Position numbers and translations under genes: made by a program. Of a DNA stretch of 64,000 nt, positions 24,333 through 38,246 are shown piece after piece (the first letter of the stretch is position 1; the number at the start of each line of letters is the position of its first letter). Location: NCBI RefSeq assembly GCF_006345805.1, contig NC_042998.1, positions 58,280,001-58,344,000 of the forward strand, written 5' to 3'. The notes beneath the pieces were generated by a model, which did no database searches, was not told the origin of the DNA, and saw nothing but the letters and a program-made list of their open reading frames with translations. The stretch comes from Octopus sinensis. Taxonomy: Eukaryota.

Positions 24333-26228
24333 TATTTTACCACTTGTGAACTTAAAATAATTATACTCGGTGATCTAATAATTACTGTTGATTAAAAACC
24401 ACGTGAAAAATCTGTACACTTACGCTGGATACCAAACCAACCCTACTGTATTTTTCCTTGAGTAAGGATATATTTAAAAAGTCTTTGTTCAACTAAAGCT
24501 TTTAATCCGGCGGATTTCACGCTTGTAGTATAACTGTATGTGTTTCCCTAGAGAGGGCACCACTGACTGATTTCTGACCTTTTGGAAGTCGACTATAAAC
24601 ATAATATAATTCATATATATATAAATATGGTTTAAACTTGTATATAATATATAATACATACATACTGCTTGAACTTATATCATTTAAACACAAATATATA
24701 TTCATATATACACACACATAAATAAATATACATACACACGCATACATTCATGCACACACGCACATATGTATATTTACTTATTTGTTGACAAAGCATTGCA
24801 CTTTTGTTTTGGTTCTGAATTTCCAATTACAAATAATGTATGCGCGTTTTAATATAAATATGTCATTACTAAAACCAGTGATTTTTCAGCATACTTTGAA
24901 AATAAGCAGTGATTTCGTGTGTATGCGTGGATATGTGTGTGTGCGTGCGTGCGTGTGTATATGTATGTATGTATGTATGCACATACATTTATAAATATAA
25001 TTTGGTAATTCAGAAACAAAAACAAAATGCATTGCTCTAATAAAATAGCAAAATTATCTTAGATGAGATATGAATTGAATTTCATGTTGCCTAAAATCCG
25101 ATAGAAATGGAGTTCTGGCTTTTGTTAGTACACGAAATTGAATTTTAAAAAAATAATAAATTCAAGTTTAGGTTATTTAGTATGTAGATTAAGAATTTTT
25201 AATCTATTCATTATTCGTTTTATACTTGTTCTTTGAATCGGAGCTAATCTTAACAAAAACAAATATGAATTAATGTAGTAGTTTTCTGTCATTTTCATAA
25301 TTAAAGGTAACCGAAGACTAATCTACAGACACTGAGCTTCGATTTTTAAATGCAACTTCTTTTATAGCTAGGCCACAGCCCACTGGTTGAACCTAGTGAT
25401 ATGTATATAATGAATATATAATGTATTTGGTTTGCGAGATACTTGATGTGAAGTCGTATGTTGAAACAGATTATTTTTGTACCTCGGGAGAGTCATAATG
25501 CCAATATTAAACACACACTGCTTCTAGTTCACCATTAATATTACTATTAGTCAATTGGTTAACCATTTAACCAATTAATACATCTTCTGTTTGATTATCA
25601 ATCAATCAACCAGAATTTTCAAAGTCCTTTTGTTTCCATCCACGACCTCGTCAATGACATACTCTCTGACTTTGACAAACCTAGTTGATTGATTGAAAGG
25701 CTAATCTAAAAATCAATGAACTAATTGGTTGAATGATTAAAGAATGGGCCAATAACAGCAAAAGGAAGTGAAATAGAAACCTTACGCGTGCTTATTATTG
25801 GCATAATTTTCCTTCCGAGATACAACGAAATATATATAATTGTTGTCAAATCAATATTGACCTACATTCAGAAAAATCGAATTAATTTAGATAGTGAATT
25901 ATTAATATCAGCATTTAATAACAAGATTCATGTAACAACGATTGGTAATTTTTATATATTTTACGGAAATGTAATATTGCTGTTGAATATTTTTAAAGGT
26001 GAAACGAAAATTTGAATTAATCAAGAAAACAAAATATCCAAACTTAAAATGACAAAAACAAAAATATACCAAAAAAAAATACAAACACATTTCTGTTTTT
26101 TCTTGCATTCAAGATCATCTTTGATCTTGGAGACCTGCTTATTCGTAGTAGTAGAGCGAACATAAGCCTGCGAGCCGATTGGTTTCTAATCACGTCAAAA
26201 GACTCTTATGCCCTACTCTTTTTCACAG

Positions 26229-26312
26229 GAAACGAATCAGGGCTCATGTTGTAAGGATCCTGTATGTTGTCTAATTGTCACAGATGCTGTAGCTAGACAG
26301 AATGACACAAAG
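26229..26312 (+). CDS. Candidate isolated internal coding exon, 84 bp, phase 0/0: ETNQGSCCKDPVCCLIVTDAVARQNDTK
   Basis: Acceptor CTACTCTTTTTCACAG|G, branch-like CTAAT at 26186-26190, donor AAG|GTATGT. The length is a multiple of 3, only frame 0 is open, and the context is non-repetitive. No partner exon was identified. Confidence 0.45.
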
Positions 26313-29300
26313 GTATGTACAGTTATATACATCCTTTTGCTGTCAAGCGGTTAGCTAGAAATATATGCGCCATTAATGAAATTTAATCCTCAATATTATA
26401 TTTTCAGTGCTTATTTTGAAAATATCAGTTTTTATACATTGCGCTCTTGTACTCAGTTGATGTTAAACTTCTGGCGTTTCAGAGTCCACGATCCAGCTTC
26501 AATTCTCGGTTTAAGTTCTTTAGCTACACTTGATCCTGTTCCCGTGTCCTTTCTAAAACTATGTAACTCACAACTAAGTAATTAGTATACGCAGTCCTTA
26601 CATTCTTGACGAGTAGAATAACAGCTATATTATTTACTCATGCAGATAAATTATAAAAATTTAAACATTTGATAAAAAAAAAGCACAAACAGATCTCACC
26701 TTCGATCCATGATACAAAAGTGTGTAAGTTACCTAAACTTTTGGAAACAAAAAGGCATAATACAGATGTGATACAGTACATATTTTAATTTCAAAATTTC
26801 ATCATATTCAACTGTTTTAATTTTATAATTAGATTTGTAGGATCCATGTCTTTTATGTCCAGTATAGTATATATTAGTTTTTCCACCTTCTAAGATTATT
26901 CCAAACCCTCCAGAAGTGATAGTCTGGCAACAAATCGAATCTAGTAGCACGAGAGAAATATAGGCCTGATTATTACGACTAAAATGATATCCAGCTAAAC
27001 TAAGCTAAGCTAAGACAACTAGTCAGAGCTCGCTCCTCTGACCTCCTGTGGTATATGCCCTGACATCATGTGGAATGCCAAACAACTTGCTTTTAGCAAA
27101 AGTTCGATTTAAGAATTAAAAAGAAAAAGGATTGACATTAGCTAAATACCTCCACATATGGCTTACCGTTTTCTATTTGTTCTATGCCTTTTTGGTACAA
27201 TATGAAAGCGCAAATCATGAGGGTTCATGATTTGCCTTACATTAAGGTTGATGAAAATGCAGACGCCTTTCGCTTGATATTATCCCATCCCAAAGCGGTT
27301 TCTACGCCATTTGGGGTAATTCCTTCTAGTTTAGAGTCCACCGTTATAGGATTATGATGGAAAGGATGGGGCTTAAAGTGTTCAAAAATAATATCAATAA
27401 ATTATCCAGTTGAGCATGAGACGTAAACATTGTATGTATGTATGTGTTTGCTTCTTTAAAGACAGCTGTAGATACATCCATACTGATATTTTTTTCTGCA
27501 GATAAGATCATTATATTCGTTTTTCGTTTTTCTTGTTTCAGCTCAGAGCTGCGGCCATGCTGATGCAAATATAGTCAAAATATTTGTAGTATCCCAATTA
27601 TTGCTATTATCTACAAAATAAAATACTTAGATTTTCTTTCTAGAGTTAAAATACATTTCAACTTTCTAAACATCCTTGCCACAAAATGTTTGACAGATGT
27701 AAATTAGACGCTTAAGATATTATTAATTCTAAATGAACTTGACAAAATACAAGCTCAATCATTTCTAAAATTTCTAGCCAACAAAAAGAGAAAAAGACAA
27801 CTTGCTATTTATAATTGATTTTCTGATGTCGTTTAGAGTTTTATAAACATTAACTATGATTATTTTGTACTTCGAAAACAGTCATACTATTTTCAAAACC
27901 AGTTACAAAATCGTCTTGATAGCACTTCACTACATATTGACACTTGTGACTGTTTACATTAATTTTAAGTAACTCTTCTAAGTTTAATCAAATGAACATC
28001 ATTCATTCAATGGAAAAATTGGGTATCTAACACTAACTACTGTTTGCTTCTTTAAATATCCAAATTGATAAAATATTATTATATTGCTGGCGAACAATGT
28101 CGAACACTGATAAATTTCTTTATTATTCATAACAACGAAAATGTATCTCAAACTGATGCCAATTTTCAGTTTGAATTCCTTAACACTGGTCAGTATGAAT
28201 GTCACTTCCTTCCTAATTTCCACTCATTACAGTACAAAAAACTTTAGTTTATTAACATCGTGTGTGCGCGCGCGCTTACGAGTTCTCTCTTAGCTTTTTA
28301 CACTGCATTTCGATTATATTCGGTTCTCCATATTTGTACTTGTCCAACATATAAACATCTCCCTAGGTTAAGTCTGAATTTAAAACTTGCACTAGCAATG
28401 TAGAAAAATAACGATCCTAACGCCATGAATCGCATGCAGAAAATAATAACCAACAATCAATCCTTAATAATCATGTGTAACAAACACAAACAGGTTTTAA
28501 AATGTTGATAGCTTCTACTGAAACTATGGGTACTAAAATATCGGCATCGTGAAACCGGTTTCTGTTTTGTATCTAAATCAGTCGAATCAAACGAAAAAGA
28601 GAGCTTCTACGCAATCGCTCCATATCAAATCTCAAATTAAATTAGGCATTTCCATCTTTAAAAAAGATAAACGAATAATAGGGAACAATGTAGTGCTTGA
28701 TGCATCGTACTTAACAAAAGGGTGAAATGGTTAACGCTGGAACATTTTTGTGGATAAATGGGTTTCATAAGAGTTCACCTGCGTTTAACCAGCAAGAAAC
28801 TGAACTATACAGGCCGATGGAAGACGGTCTACACGGTGGCTCAAGCTTTTAGAAATAGCAACCAAATTGTATGCTACCATCTTAAACAATATAGACCTTG
28901 AAACATTATTTTACAACAGAAAGGTCATTAATTATGGATAGTAATCATGGGTCTATATGGGGCTATACAACAACCTAACCAATGATTCTTACGCGTATTA
29001 TGATTTCAAAAAGGATTCATTAGATACCTACTAACAACATTGGGTAAAAGCCTTTACACTGACAAAGCAAATGCTATAGAACAAAGCTACAATCTGAAGA
29101 ATATACCCCCGAGAATTGCCAAAACAAAAATGGAAATTAGATGACATAAATTTTTATGTAAGACGTTTTAACACGCAAGGTAATATTAATATTTCGAATA
29201 TTGAAAACAAAAACTATATTATAACAATATTTTCGTCTGAAGATTTTGAACTTTGTTTCTTAGTAATATCATCCTATTTTACTGGTTTCTGAACAATGCA

Positions 29301-29742
29301 AGATTGCAGAGTTAAATTGCTAATGAGCCAGTCACGATTTTTTATGCCACAACCGTTTGCAGTAAGTCTTAAAAACATTTTTGATAATATCTAAAAGCTC
29401 TAAATCCTCATAAACCTACTTTTAAAATTAGTAGCCAATGATGGAACCTCTACGTTGTCAGTCAACCTGCTAAAAACAACGGTCAAAACTCCCTTTAATT
29501 TCGAGATTTGACTGTCTTAAAAGAATGAATACCAGTTTTGATAATAGGTTATATATGGAAAACTAGACAAGATGATCGCGGTTTCAGCATATTTAATCGT
29601 AAATGTACTCGTTCAGGGATTACCTGAGGCTAAAAAAAAAGCAACAACAAAAAAATCATAGGGCTCTAAAACAAATTTACGCTTTGCTCCCGATTTCTAA
29701 GCAGCTAAAAGTCAAAAGAAGCATTAACCGCATTCATTATAT

Positions 29743-29815
<73 letters not shown>

Positions 29816-29816
<1 letters not shown>

Positions 29817-30182
29817 TAGCAGTATCGCCCGGCGTTGCTCGGGTTTGTAAGGGAAATAACTATAAAGCATTTTTAGAGAGTTATAGCCAAAAAATGGAAA
29901 AAAAATGATGGTAAATTTTTTTTTTAGTTAAAAAGGTCGAGTTGCGTCCCCTAGACAGTCTGTGGTTTGTGTTTCTGATTCTCGACCCCATGTCGAATTT
30001 ATCGATTTTTTCAGAACTGGGGGAACTTTTCAAAATTTTCGCTGCGTTAGTTTTGAATTATGACATTGGGCTATGTGTGTGTCAAGTTTCATCAGAATCG
30101 GTTGAAAGCCGTGGTCAGGGTGAGGGTACGAGAAAACAGACACACAGAAACACACACAGACAAACTGCCGTTTATATATAGA
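29816..30182 (-). mobile_element. Non-autonomous Helitron (family 2), 367 bp
   Basis: Minus strand starts A^TCTATATATAAACGGCAG and ends with the CCCGAGCAACGCCGGG hairpin then CTAG^T. It sits in (AT)n with no TSD. A second copy is at 48184. Confidence 0.9.
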
Positions 30183-30510
30183 TATATATATATATATATT
30201 AAATTAGAGATAAAACCACTATTAGGCAAATCAAACAATGAAAAACATAAGCCAATACATAAAATTAATTAATTTATATTATTCTAAATATATATATATG
30301 TGTGTGTGTGCGTGTGTATAGGGGAACAATTAAGAAAAAAACAAAAGACGAAGATAGGTGGTGTAGACAACAAACAGATGTATTAGTATAACGCTCGAAA
30401 AGTGAAAAAGTTTTTAAAGCTTCGCGCCTACTCTCTTCCACAGAAAGAAACAAGGAGAAAAAATAAAGAATGTGTAGTGGCTAGCGATCTATCATGGCGA
30501 AGGCCTATAT

Positions 30511-30543
<33 letters not shown>

Positions 30544-30884
30544 GCACTCTTTAATGTTGAGCAACTAAATAATTCTCTTTTTACATTCTAATAGATAAAT
30601 ACAAATGGTATGAAGGTAGGAAAACCTGTGAATACAATGAAAATGAGAAAAGAATAACAGAAAGAGTTGAATGCTGATCAAAATGCATTGCAGCTGTTAG
30701 TTTCATCCTTAATTTTTTTTTTTTTTTTTTTTTTTTGTTAAAATTCCTCTGTAGTTGATTTTCATTCCGCCGAAATCGATAAAATAAGTACCAGAAATAT
30801 ATAGGAAATTGTTTATTTGATTCTACAAATTTAAAGTTTTATATCATCAATCTACTAAAAAATCAATGCTATTCACTTGCGCAT

Positions 30885-31045
30885 GTGTATGTGTGTACAT
30901 ATTCATACATACAGGCATGCATGTATACATACGTAAATACATACATACATACATACATACATACATACATACATACATACATACATACATACATGCATGT
31001 GTGTATGTATGCATATATGTATAGATTATGTGTGTGTGCGTGTGA
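30885..31045. repeat. (CATA)n/(TG)n microsatellite
   Basis: Directly visible. Confidence 0.9.
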
Positions 31046-32439
31046 AAGAACCGATATATATGAAAGAACCGATTCATATATAAACCAGAAACCAGGTTCC
31101 TGAAACTACAAGATTTAGATTTATCGAAAATGAATCAAAGCAATTTGCAATTTCTGTGTTGGCACTATTTACCAACTGGTCTCACTGAACTCAATTTTAT
31201 AGAGAGATGCAAATGTTTCTCTTACTCTGGAGATTCCAATGCTGTGAACAGCTAATTATATAAGATAAAATCTTGCTCCGTATCTGAAAATGTTGTGCGT
31301 GTGCTTGCGAGGTAAAGTATTTTATTGAACAAATTCACTAGTGCGTGTGTTTGCATTCCCAGGTATTGCTTTGATCTTTCATAGCACATAAAATATGAAA
31401 TGAGAGTGAAAATAAATGCATACAGCAAATTACAATTACATTTGCTGTTCAACCAACTGTTGAAGGAGAGGGAGAATAGATCATTATATACTTGTGTAAA
31501 AACGACTCGTGGGAATCGCTGCAACAGCTTTGTTTTTCTGAAATTATTTGGCAGTCCAGTGGGATTGTGTTTCATGCGACATTAAATCAAATATCAGAAT
31601 CAATGATTTAATCATCAACGTAATATTCTTAAAACTATAAGTGCGAGCGTGTGTGTGTGTGCGTGCTTCACTGTGTGTTTGTGTATCTGTGTGTGTGTGT
31701 GTGTGTGTGTGCTTCACTGCGTGTTTGTGTGTCTGTGTGTAAGTGAGTGAACATTTTCCTGTAGAAATTTGCATTTCTAATGGAGGCAATGTTTCTTTTT
31801 GTACAAAACTCTGAATTTCCAAACGCCGATACACCTGAACTCTGTGTGAGCGTTCATTTTATTGTAGAAAATAACGCATATTCCTTGGGTTGGTATTTTG
31901 TGATTTGGTCGTGAATGGAGCGCAATGTTGCTAATTCAATGATTTAAAGACCAACTACCAGATTATTTTATCGACAAAATATTCCAGTCTCTTAGACCAT
32001 TCAGAGTACAGCAATACACCTACTTATCTGCCGTAGTTAAAACAACCACAATTCACAGTTATGCTTATGAAATGGCCCCTACATAAACTGTCCAATTGAT
32101 ACAAATACGCTTCATTCAATTTGAACATCGCAGATAATCCCAATTTTTTTAAGTTGATTAAGTTTTTAAAAAAAAATTCACTGCTGTTTTTATTTATTTC
32201 ATCAATTTCTATTTCAGAAATTTGCAATAAATTTTAACTCTTGAAATTGTTTAAATAGTCAACAAAAAAGCTGATGAAACTGATTTATAGACTGTAAACT
32301 GTTTCATGGGTGTAGTGGGGTGGAACTGAGCAATCGATAGAATCAATCACAGTAGTTGACTTGTATTATATTTATATTAAAATATAAAAGTTAAAGCCGG
32401 CCTAGCAAGGTAATTTTCCGGCAATTTGCCGATTCGGCC

Positions 32440-32650
32440 ATCTTTTTACTATAGGCACAATGTTTGAACTTTTGAAGGAGGGGGAAAGTCGGTTACATCA
32501 ACACTAGTACTCAATTGGTACTTATTTTTATCGACCTCGAAAAAAGATGAAAGGCTAAGCAGACGTCGGTGGAATTTAAATTTAGAACGTAAAAACGCAC
32601 GAAATGCCGCTAAGCATTTATTCCGACGCTCTAATAATACCACTGGCTCA
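32440..32650 (-). mobile_element. Family A SINE, diverged
   Basis: Head, body and short tail (...TGTGCCTATAGTAAAAAG) are recognisable. Confidence 0.75.
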
Positions 32651-32653
32651 CTT

Positions 32654-32763
32654 ATGATTCAGTGCAACCATGAGATATAGAATAGGAAACCAGACATAGT
32701 ATTAATTGAGAAAGAAAGTAAGCGATTCTGGATCATAGATATAGCATGCCCAGCTGACAACAG
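32654..32763 (+). mobile_element. Short R4/Dong LINE fragment (RLE region), inverted relative to 33298-33412
   Basis: Encodes ..NRKPDIVLIEKESKRFWIIDIACPADN. It is clearly similar, but not identical, to the reverse complement of 33298-33412. Confidence 0.8.
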
Positions 32764-33014
32764 GTGCACGCTCAGAATTGGTCCTATCACACTGGCCATT
32801 CTTCCAACAATCACCCACCTCTCAACAAACTTGCTACAAGGCAACACTTCCCTCTCCGCTCTCAACTACCTTTTCAAGTGAAACTTGAAAAAGTTGATGA
32901 GAGCTTGGCCAAAAAGGAAAGTGTATGTCTTTAGTCCTTTCAAACGGGTCCACCATACTACCTCTTTCGCTACGGCCACTAGACAAATAAAAATTGACTC
33001 CACCCCCCCACCCC

Positions 33015-34123
33015 CCGGTTGGAGATGTACTACAGTGTCAGCTGTTCGCTACCAGTAAACTAAGATAACACTCCTTATTTTTTGAGCACAATCCGGAGTA
33101 TTCTTGCGGTTCCAAGCAGTGCTATTTTCTGCAAGTGCTCCACCCTTATTGCAGCCCCTATTTATTTCATATACTTCTCAAATGTTTTACTCTCTGTTCC
33201 CAGGGCTCCGATAATTAATAATACTACTACCACCTTTTTCAGCGACCACAACCGCTTAACCTCCAAGGCTATCGACCTTTTTTCTTCCTTATTACACACC
33301 TTATTGTCGGCTGGGCATGCTATATCTATGATCCACCATAGTTTGCTTTCTTTCTCAATTAACACTATGTCTGGTTTCCTATTCTCTATCTCATGGTCAC
33401 ACCAAATCATAAACTCCCATAGGATCTTTGCATTATCATTTTCGATGATGCCTTCGGGCTTATATTTGTACCACTTTTTTGCTCTGTCAAGTCCATACTT
33501 GTTGCAAAGTGTCCCATGAACAATCCTTGCTATGTTGTCATGACCCCTCATATTATTTCTGGGCTAGTAGCGTACATTGACTTGTAATATGCCATACGGT
33601 TTCACTATTTTGACCACAAATTCTGCACTTATCACTTTCTGGTGTGTTGTCTATTCTGTATTGATGTAATTCGTTCTTAATGCTTGCTCTAGGACATCAC
33701 GGATTGGAGCCTCCGTTACCGGTTTTAAATCACTTTTAATCATCTATAGTCTTTTTTTGCTCTGTCTTATCTTTAACATTCCTATGAAATTGTCCATGCA
33801 TTCTTTTCTTTATCCACTTATTTTCAGTTTCATTTATTCTCAAGTGCTTGTACAGTGCTTTATCTTTGCAATCTTTTATCCTACACAAGCCTGACCTTCT
33901 CACTTCTAATAATAGCGGTTCTGTGGCATATTTTACATACTATGCTATGTTGTTTTCTTCTGTTCTAATGCTGTGTTTGCATCAAATCAGTCCTCTTATC
34001 CCTCTTTTTCTTGATACATACAGTTTGTCTGTATCACGTTTTGGGTGGAGTATCCCATATCTAAGGAATGAAACCGCCCAGTTGTTGATAGCTTCAATCT
34101 TATTCTGTCCGTTTAATTTTGTC
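33015..34123 (-). mobile_element. R4/Dong-clade non-LTR retrotransposon, 3' part (copy B), decayed
   Basis: KLNGQNKIEAINNWAVSFLRY, MHGQF, CRICGQNSETVWHITSQC (CCHC), HDNIARIVH, RKPDIVLIEKESKLWWIIDIACP (restriction-like endonuclease) and ALLGTARILRIVLKK* (stop 33075-33077). Confidence 0.9.
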
Positions 34124-36020
34124 ATTTATGCGTGCATCCCCAGGTATTGCAATATCTATAATCTTGGTTTCCTATTTTCCTTTATCTGCCACAACAATAT
34201 CTGGTCTCCGAGCATCGATTACGGAGTCAAATTGAATTGTGATATCCCATAGTATCTTATATTCCTTGTTTTCGATGATTCTTTCTGGTTCATGTGCGCA
34301 CCATTTCCATGCTCTGTTCAGGCAATACTTTTCACATATCCTCCAGCGGACGAACCTAGCCAGGTTATCGTACCTCCTTTTGTAGTGCTTTTGGGCCAGC
34401 TTGCTAACTCACAGTATGTATACGGGACGCTCTGAGATTGTTTCGTTTTTGCTGCCAAACATCCTACAAAGGGATGATTCGCTGGTCTTACCTATTTGGA
34501 ACTTTGTGTGATTAATTCTCACAAATTGTTCCTGGGCTCTGCATATCAATGCCTCGGTGCATTCTTTCAGATCCCTTTTTCTTAGCCATCTCCAAGTATT
34601 TATCTTGTCTTTTCTTTTGATTTCTCTGAGGTATTGCCTTTGCAGTGGTTTCATTTTGTTTCTTAAATGTTTGTGGTGCATCGCATTTTCGGTAGGTATT
34701 ATATTGTTAATTCTAACAGCGACAAGCTTGATGTACCATCCCAGACTTTTCTTCTCGTCTCGTTGACAACACAGATCTAGCATCCTATGAGCACACTGCC
34801 TCACCTGTTCCTAGACACATACAGCCTGTCAATATCCCTGTTGTCATCACTTTCCTAGTTTTCCTGTCCATTTCCTCAAACTCGTTCTTTGTCCAGCTAA
34901 CAACACCTGCACCATATCGCATTAAATAAACAGACCATATGTTCATTGCCCTGATCTTGTTGTTTTCTTTTTTCCATTGAGCCTACTTCCCATAATTAAT
35001 TTGGATCTTCTGAGATATTCTCACCAAAAGCTCTCCTTCATTTCACTTTCCTCGATTTTTTTCATATTCCAAAATACCCAGATAATTATATCCATCAGTC
35101 TCAATATCCTTGATTTTCTTGCCGTCGGGTAGCTCTAGACCATCAGACGACACTACTTTGCCTTTTTGTATAATAAACATACCACACTTTTTAGTCCCAA
35201 ATTCCATTCCGATATCCTTACTGAATATCTGCACTGTTGAAACTAGGCCATTTATTTCACGTTCGGTCTTCCCAAAGATCGTTAAGCTATTTATATATAT
35301 CAGATGGTTTAATTTTACTCCACTTTTCAAGGTGTACTCCGATATCCCTTTCCGCAGTATTTGTGTGAGGGGCATCCTACAAAGTACAAACTGCAATGGT
35401 GATAGGCTATCTCCTTGAAATATGCATCTCTTTATGTTAATCCTCGCCAAACATTTTCCACGTGAAGTTAACTCTGTATTTTAGTTCTTCATTGATCTCA
35501 TAATAAAATTTGATATGTTATCAGACACCTGTTCCAGCTCAAGATTTTCTAAAATCAAGGAATGGGGGACCATTTCATACGCTTTCTTATAATCGATCTA
35601 CGCCATGCGCAGATTAGTAAGTCTTTTCTTGCAGTCGTTCAGTACCATTCTGTCTATCAGAAGTTGGCCTTTTGTTCCTTGGCTTTTCTTTCTGTTCCAC
35701 TGGCAGTTTGTCATTCATTTCCAGTAAGTTATACACATAATTAAATATTATTCCTGTCATGAGTTTCCACATCAGAGGCAGGCAGGTGATAGGCCGGTAA
35801 TCCACTGCAATTTCTTTACTGGAATCATTTGGCAAAGAATTGTTTTACCTGTGGTCAGTCACTTTAAGATTTGCCACCCGTTGTTGAACATTTTATCCAT
35901 TTGCCTGGCTATTATTCTGTGTAGAGCTGGTCAATTTTTCAGCCAACATCCTTGTACACCATCCGGGCCTGGGCATCTTCAGTTTGGGATTTTTGTTGCC
36001 TGTTCGGTTGCCATTTCGGT
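34118..36020 (-). mobile_element. R4/Dong-clade non-LTR retrotransposon (copy A), RT to RLE, truncated at both ends, decayed
   Basis: PGPDGV, YRPITCLPLMWK, IFQGDSLSPL, DIGMEFG, YNYLGILE, TEALICRAQEQ and RRPDIVV...IIDIAIPGD. Many stops and frameshifts. A different subfamily from copy B. Confidence 0.9.
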
Positions 36021-36529
36021 CGTTATTCTAATATTGCTGTTTCACTTAATTTATTGCTGTTGTTGCTGTTGTTGTAATAATGATATAAATAGTAATTTAT
36101 TTTATATGGTACCAGAGCAGCGGACGAGGGGGAATATACAATAAAACAAACAAACATAAAGTGTGGGTTTTCGCAGAATTGAATGACTGAAAAAAATGTA
36201 GTATACATTGTATACAGATTTAGCAAAAAAGAAAGTAACAAATGCAGTAATAATAGTTACGTTAATGCTAATATATTTATTGCAGTGATCATTAACAAAT
36301 CTAATTAGATGCTTTGATATGACGAACATCTGATTACTATTCTATTTGGGTGTGTGTCGGAGATAACTTCAGATAAGTTTCAGTCTTATTAGGTTTCCTT
36401 AGCAAAAGCAAAGATTACAAGTACTTATTATCTAAGCAATTGTAAAGGAGTCAGTACGCTTACAGCATTATATACTCTAGATCGGGCCATAGCAAACAAC
36501 ATGAAATCTGTATTAGAAATCTCTTTATC

Positions 36530-36938
36530 GAGCGGCTGTGTGGTAAGTAGCTTGCTTAAGAACCACATGGTTCCGGGTTCAGTCCCACTGCGTAGCACCT
36601 TGGGCAAGTGTTTTCTACTATAGCCTCGGGCCGACCAAAGCCTTGTGAGTGGATTTGGTAGACGGAAACTGAAAGAAGCTCGTCGTGTATATGTATATGT
36701 ATATATATATGTGTGTGTGTGTGTGTATCTGTTTGTCCCCCCAACATTGCTTCACAACTAATGCTGGTGTGTTTACGTCCCCGTAACTTAGCCGTTCGGC
36801 AAAAGAGACTGATAGAATAAGTACTAGACTTACAAAGAATAAGTCCTGGGGTTGATTTGCTCGACTAAAGGCGGTGCTCTAGTATGGCCGCAGTCAAATG
36901 ACTGAAACAAGTAAAAGAGTTAAAACGTAAAGAGTAAT
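36530..36938 (+). mobile_element. Family B SINE, full length
   Basis: GAGCGGCTGTGTGGTAAG head, GGTTCAGTCCC, CORE-like CACCTTGGGCAAGTG and GACTGAAACAAGTAAAAGAG tail. Confidence 0.9.
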
Positions 36939-38033
36939 CAGTGTAATTTAGTAGGAGAGGATAACAATGAATTTAATTCTGAAATGTAATAGATTTGTTA
37001 GTATTCATATCTTTGCTTTAAGGTTAATTGCATTGCCAATTTAGATTGAAATTTCAATTCATTTCCGGGACTTCTATTATATTTCGATTAATTATTATAT
37101 GTTGCTATTACGTTCAGAAACTGACATCCATTATTATGTATTGTATTCTAGGCAAATTATATCTAGTCAAACTCAAAATATAAAATCATGTCGTTTATTC
37201 AAAGACATAGATGCATCTTGTTGCCACACTTCGACAAAACATTATTAAAAACTTGAAAAAAACTTACATCTGTGTCTGCTGCCCTTAAGAAAATGGCTGT
37301 TAAGTGAGTCGATATAGACTTGCCTAATGGTAGAGCGACAGGTAAACTGCATTCCATCGGCAAGACACTTCACTATTATTGTCATTATCTGCCTGTTTAC
37401 AAATGTGTACAAACCCGTTGTTGTTGCTGATGTAGATATGTAACCCTAACCAAGTATACTTAGGGCGCTTAGATAGTCAGAAGATCGGTCAGGTGTGATC
37501 GATAGATCCATAGCGCTGGATAAGCCATTACGACTAACCTTCAAATTCCAATCTAGAGAGTATGACAGTTTAGATACGTTGTACTCTTTCTTCTCTCTAA
37601 TATGACTGTCTATTGTTGTGGTCGCTGTTGTTTAGCCCAGAGCCGCTCTAATCGAGTAGATAAAGGACTAAAAATACGCCATCCTTTCCACCTTTTATTC
37701 AGACATAATTTCTAAGACCACAGTAGCGAATGTAATCTCTTTTAATTTTTTTTTTAAGACAGTAGAATTTGATTTGAGAGAGGTTTTTCGGTTGCTCTCA
37801 TCAGGTCGAAAAGCTTCATCGAAGCATCTTTATCGACTCTGTTGTCTGTATGTAGTTCCCCATTAACGTTTTATGTTATCCAATGAGAATAAGAGACTTT
37901 CTGAAATTTTTGAGCATATACTTAGAGGACTGCAAGGTGTATGTGGTATTATTTTACTCAGGTTACCAGTTAGGATTATTTTTCTCAACTTAAAGAACCT
38001 TGGGATATAGTGATGTTAATATGAGTAAATGTA

Positions 38034-38246
38034 AAGTGGCGAGCTGGCAAACTCGCTACGACACCGGGAAAATGCTTATAGGCATTGCTTCCGATTTTAC
38101 GTTCTAAGTTCAAATCTCACCGACGTTGATTTCCCTTTCATCCTTTCGGCGTTGATAAAATAAGTACCAGTTGAACACTTGGATCGATGTAATAGACCAC
38201 TTCCTTCCTACCAACTTGACAGCCTTGTGTCAAAATTTGAAAACAA
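38034..38246 (+). mobile_element. Family A SINE, short-tail monomer, diverged
   Basis: GTGGCGAGCTGGC head through CAAAATTTGAAAACAAT tail. Confidence 0.8.

Noticed and set aside
25788-25863. Minus-strand AG...GT-bounded open segments (also 31227-31284)
   Set aside because: They are AT-rich with weak splice context, are expected by chance, and form no consistent gene model.
30416-30448. Minus-strand TGGAAGA-GAG(TAG)GCGC-GAAG variant hammerhead-like motif
   Set aside because: The core deviates at several invariant positions, so it cannot be supported without a family consensus.
37780-37806. Minus-strand CTGATGA...GAAA hammerhead-like match
   Set aside because: Stem II is a single pair, stems I and III are absent, and it lies in a decayed SINE-type remnant.
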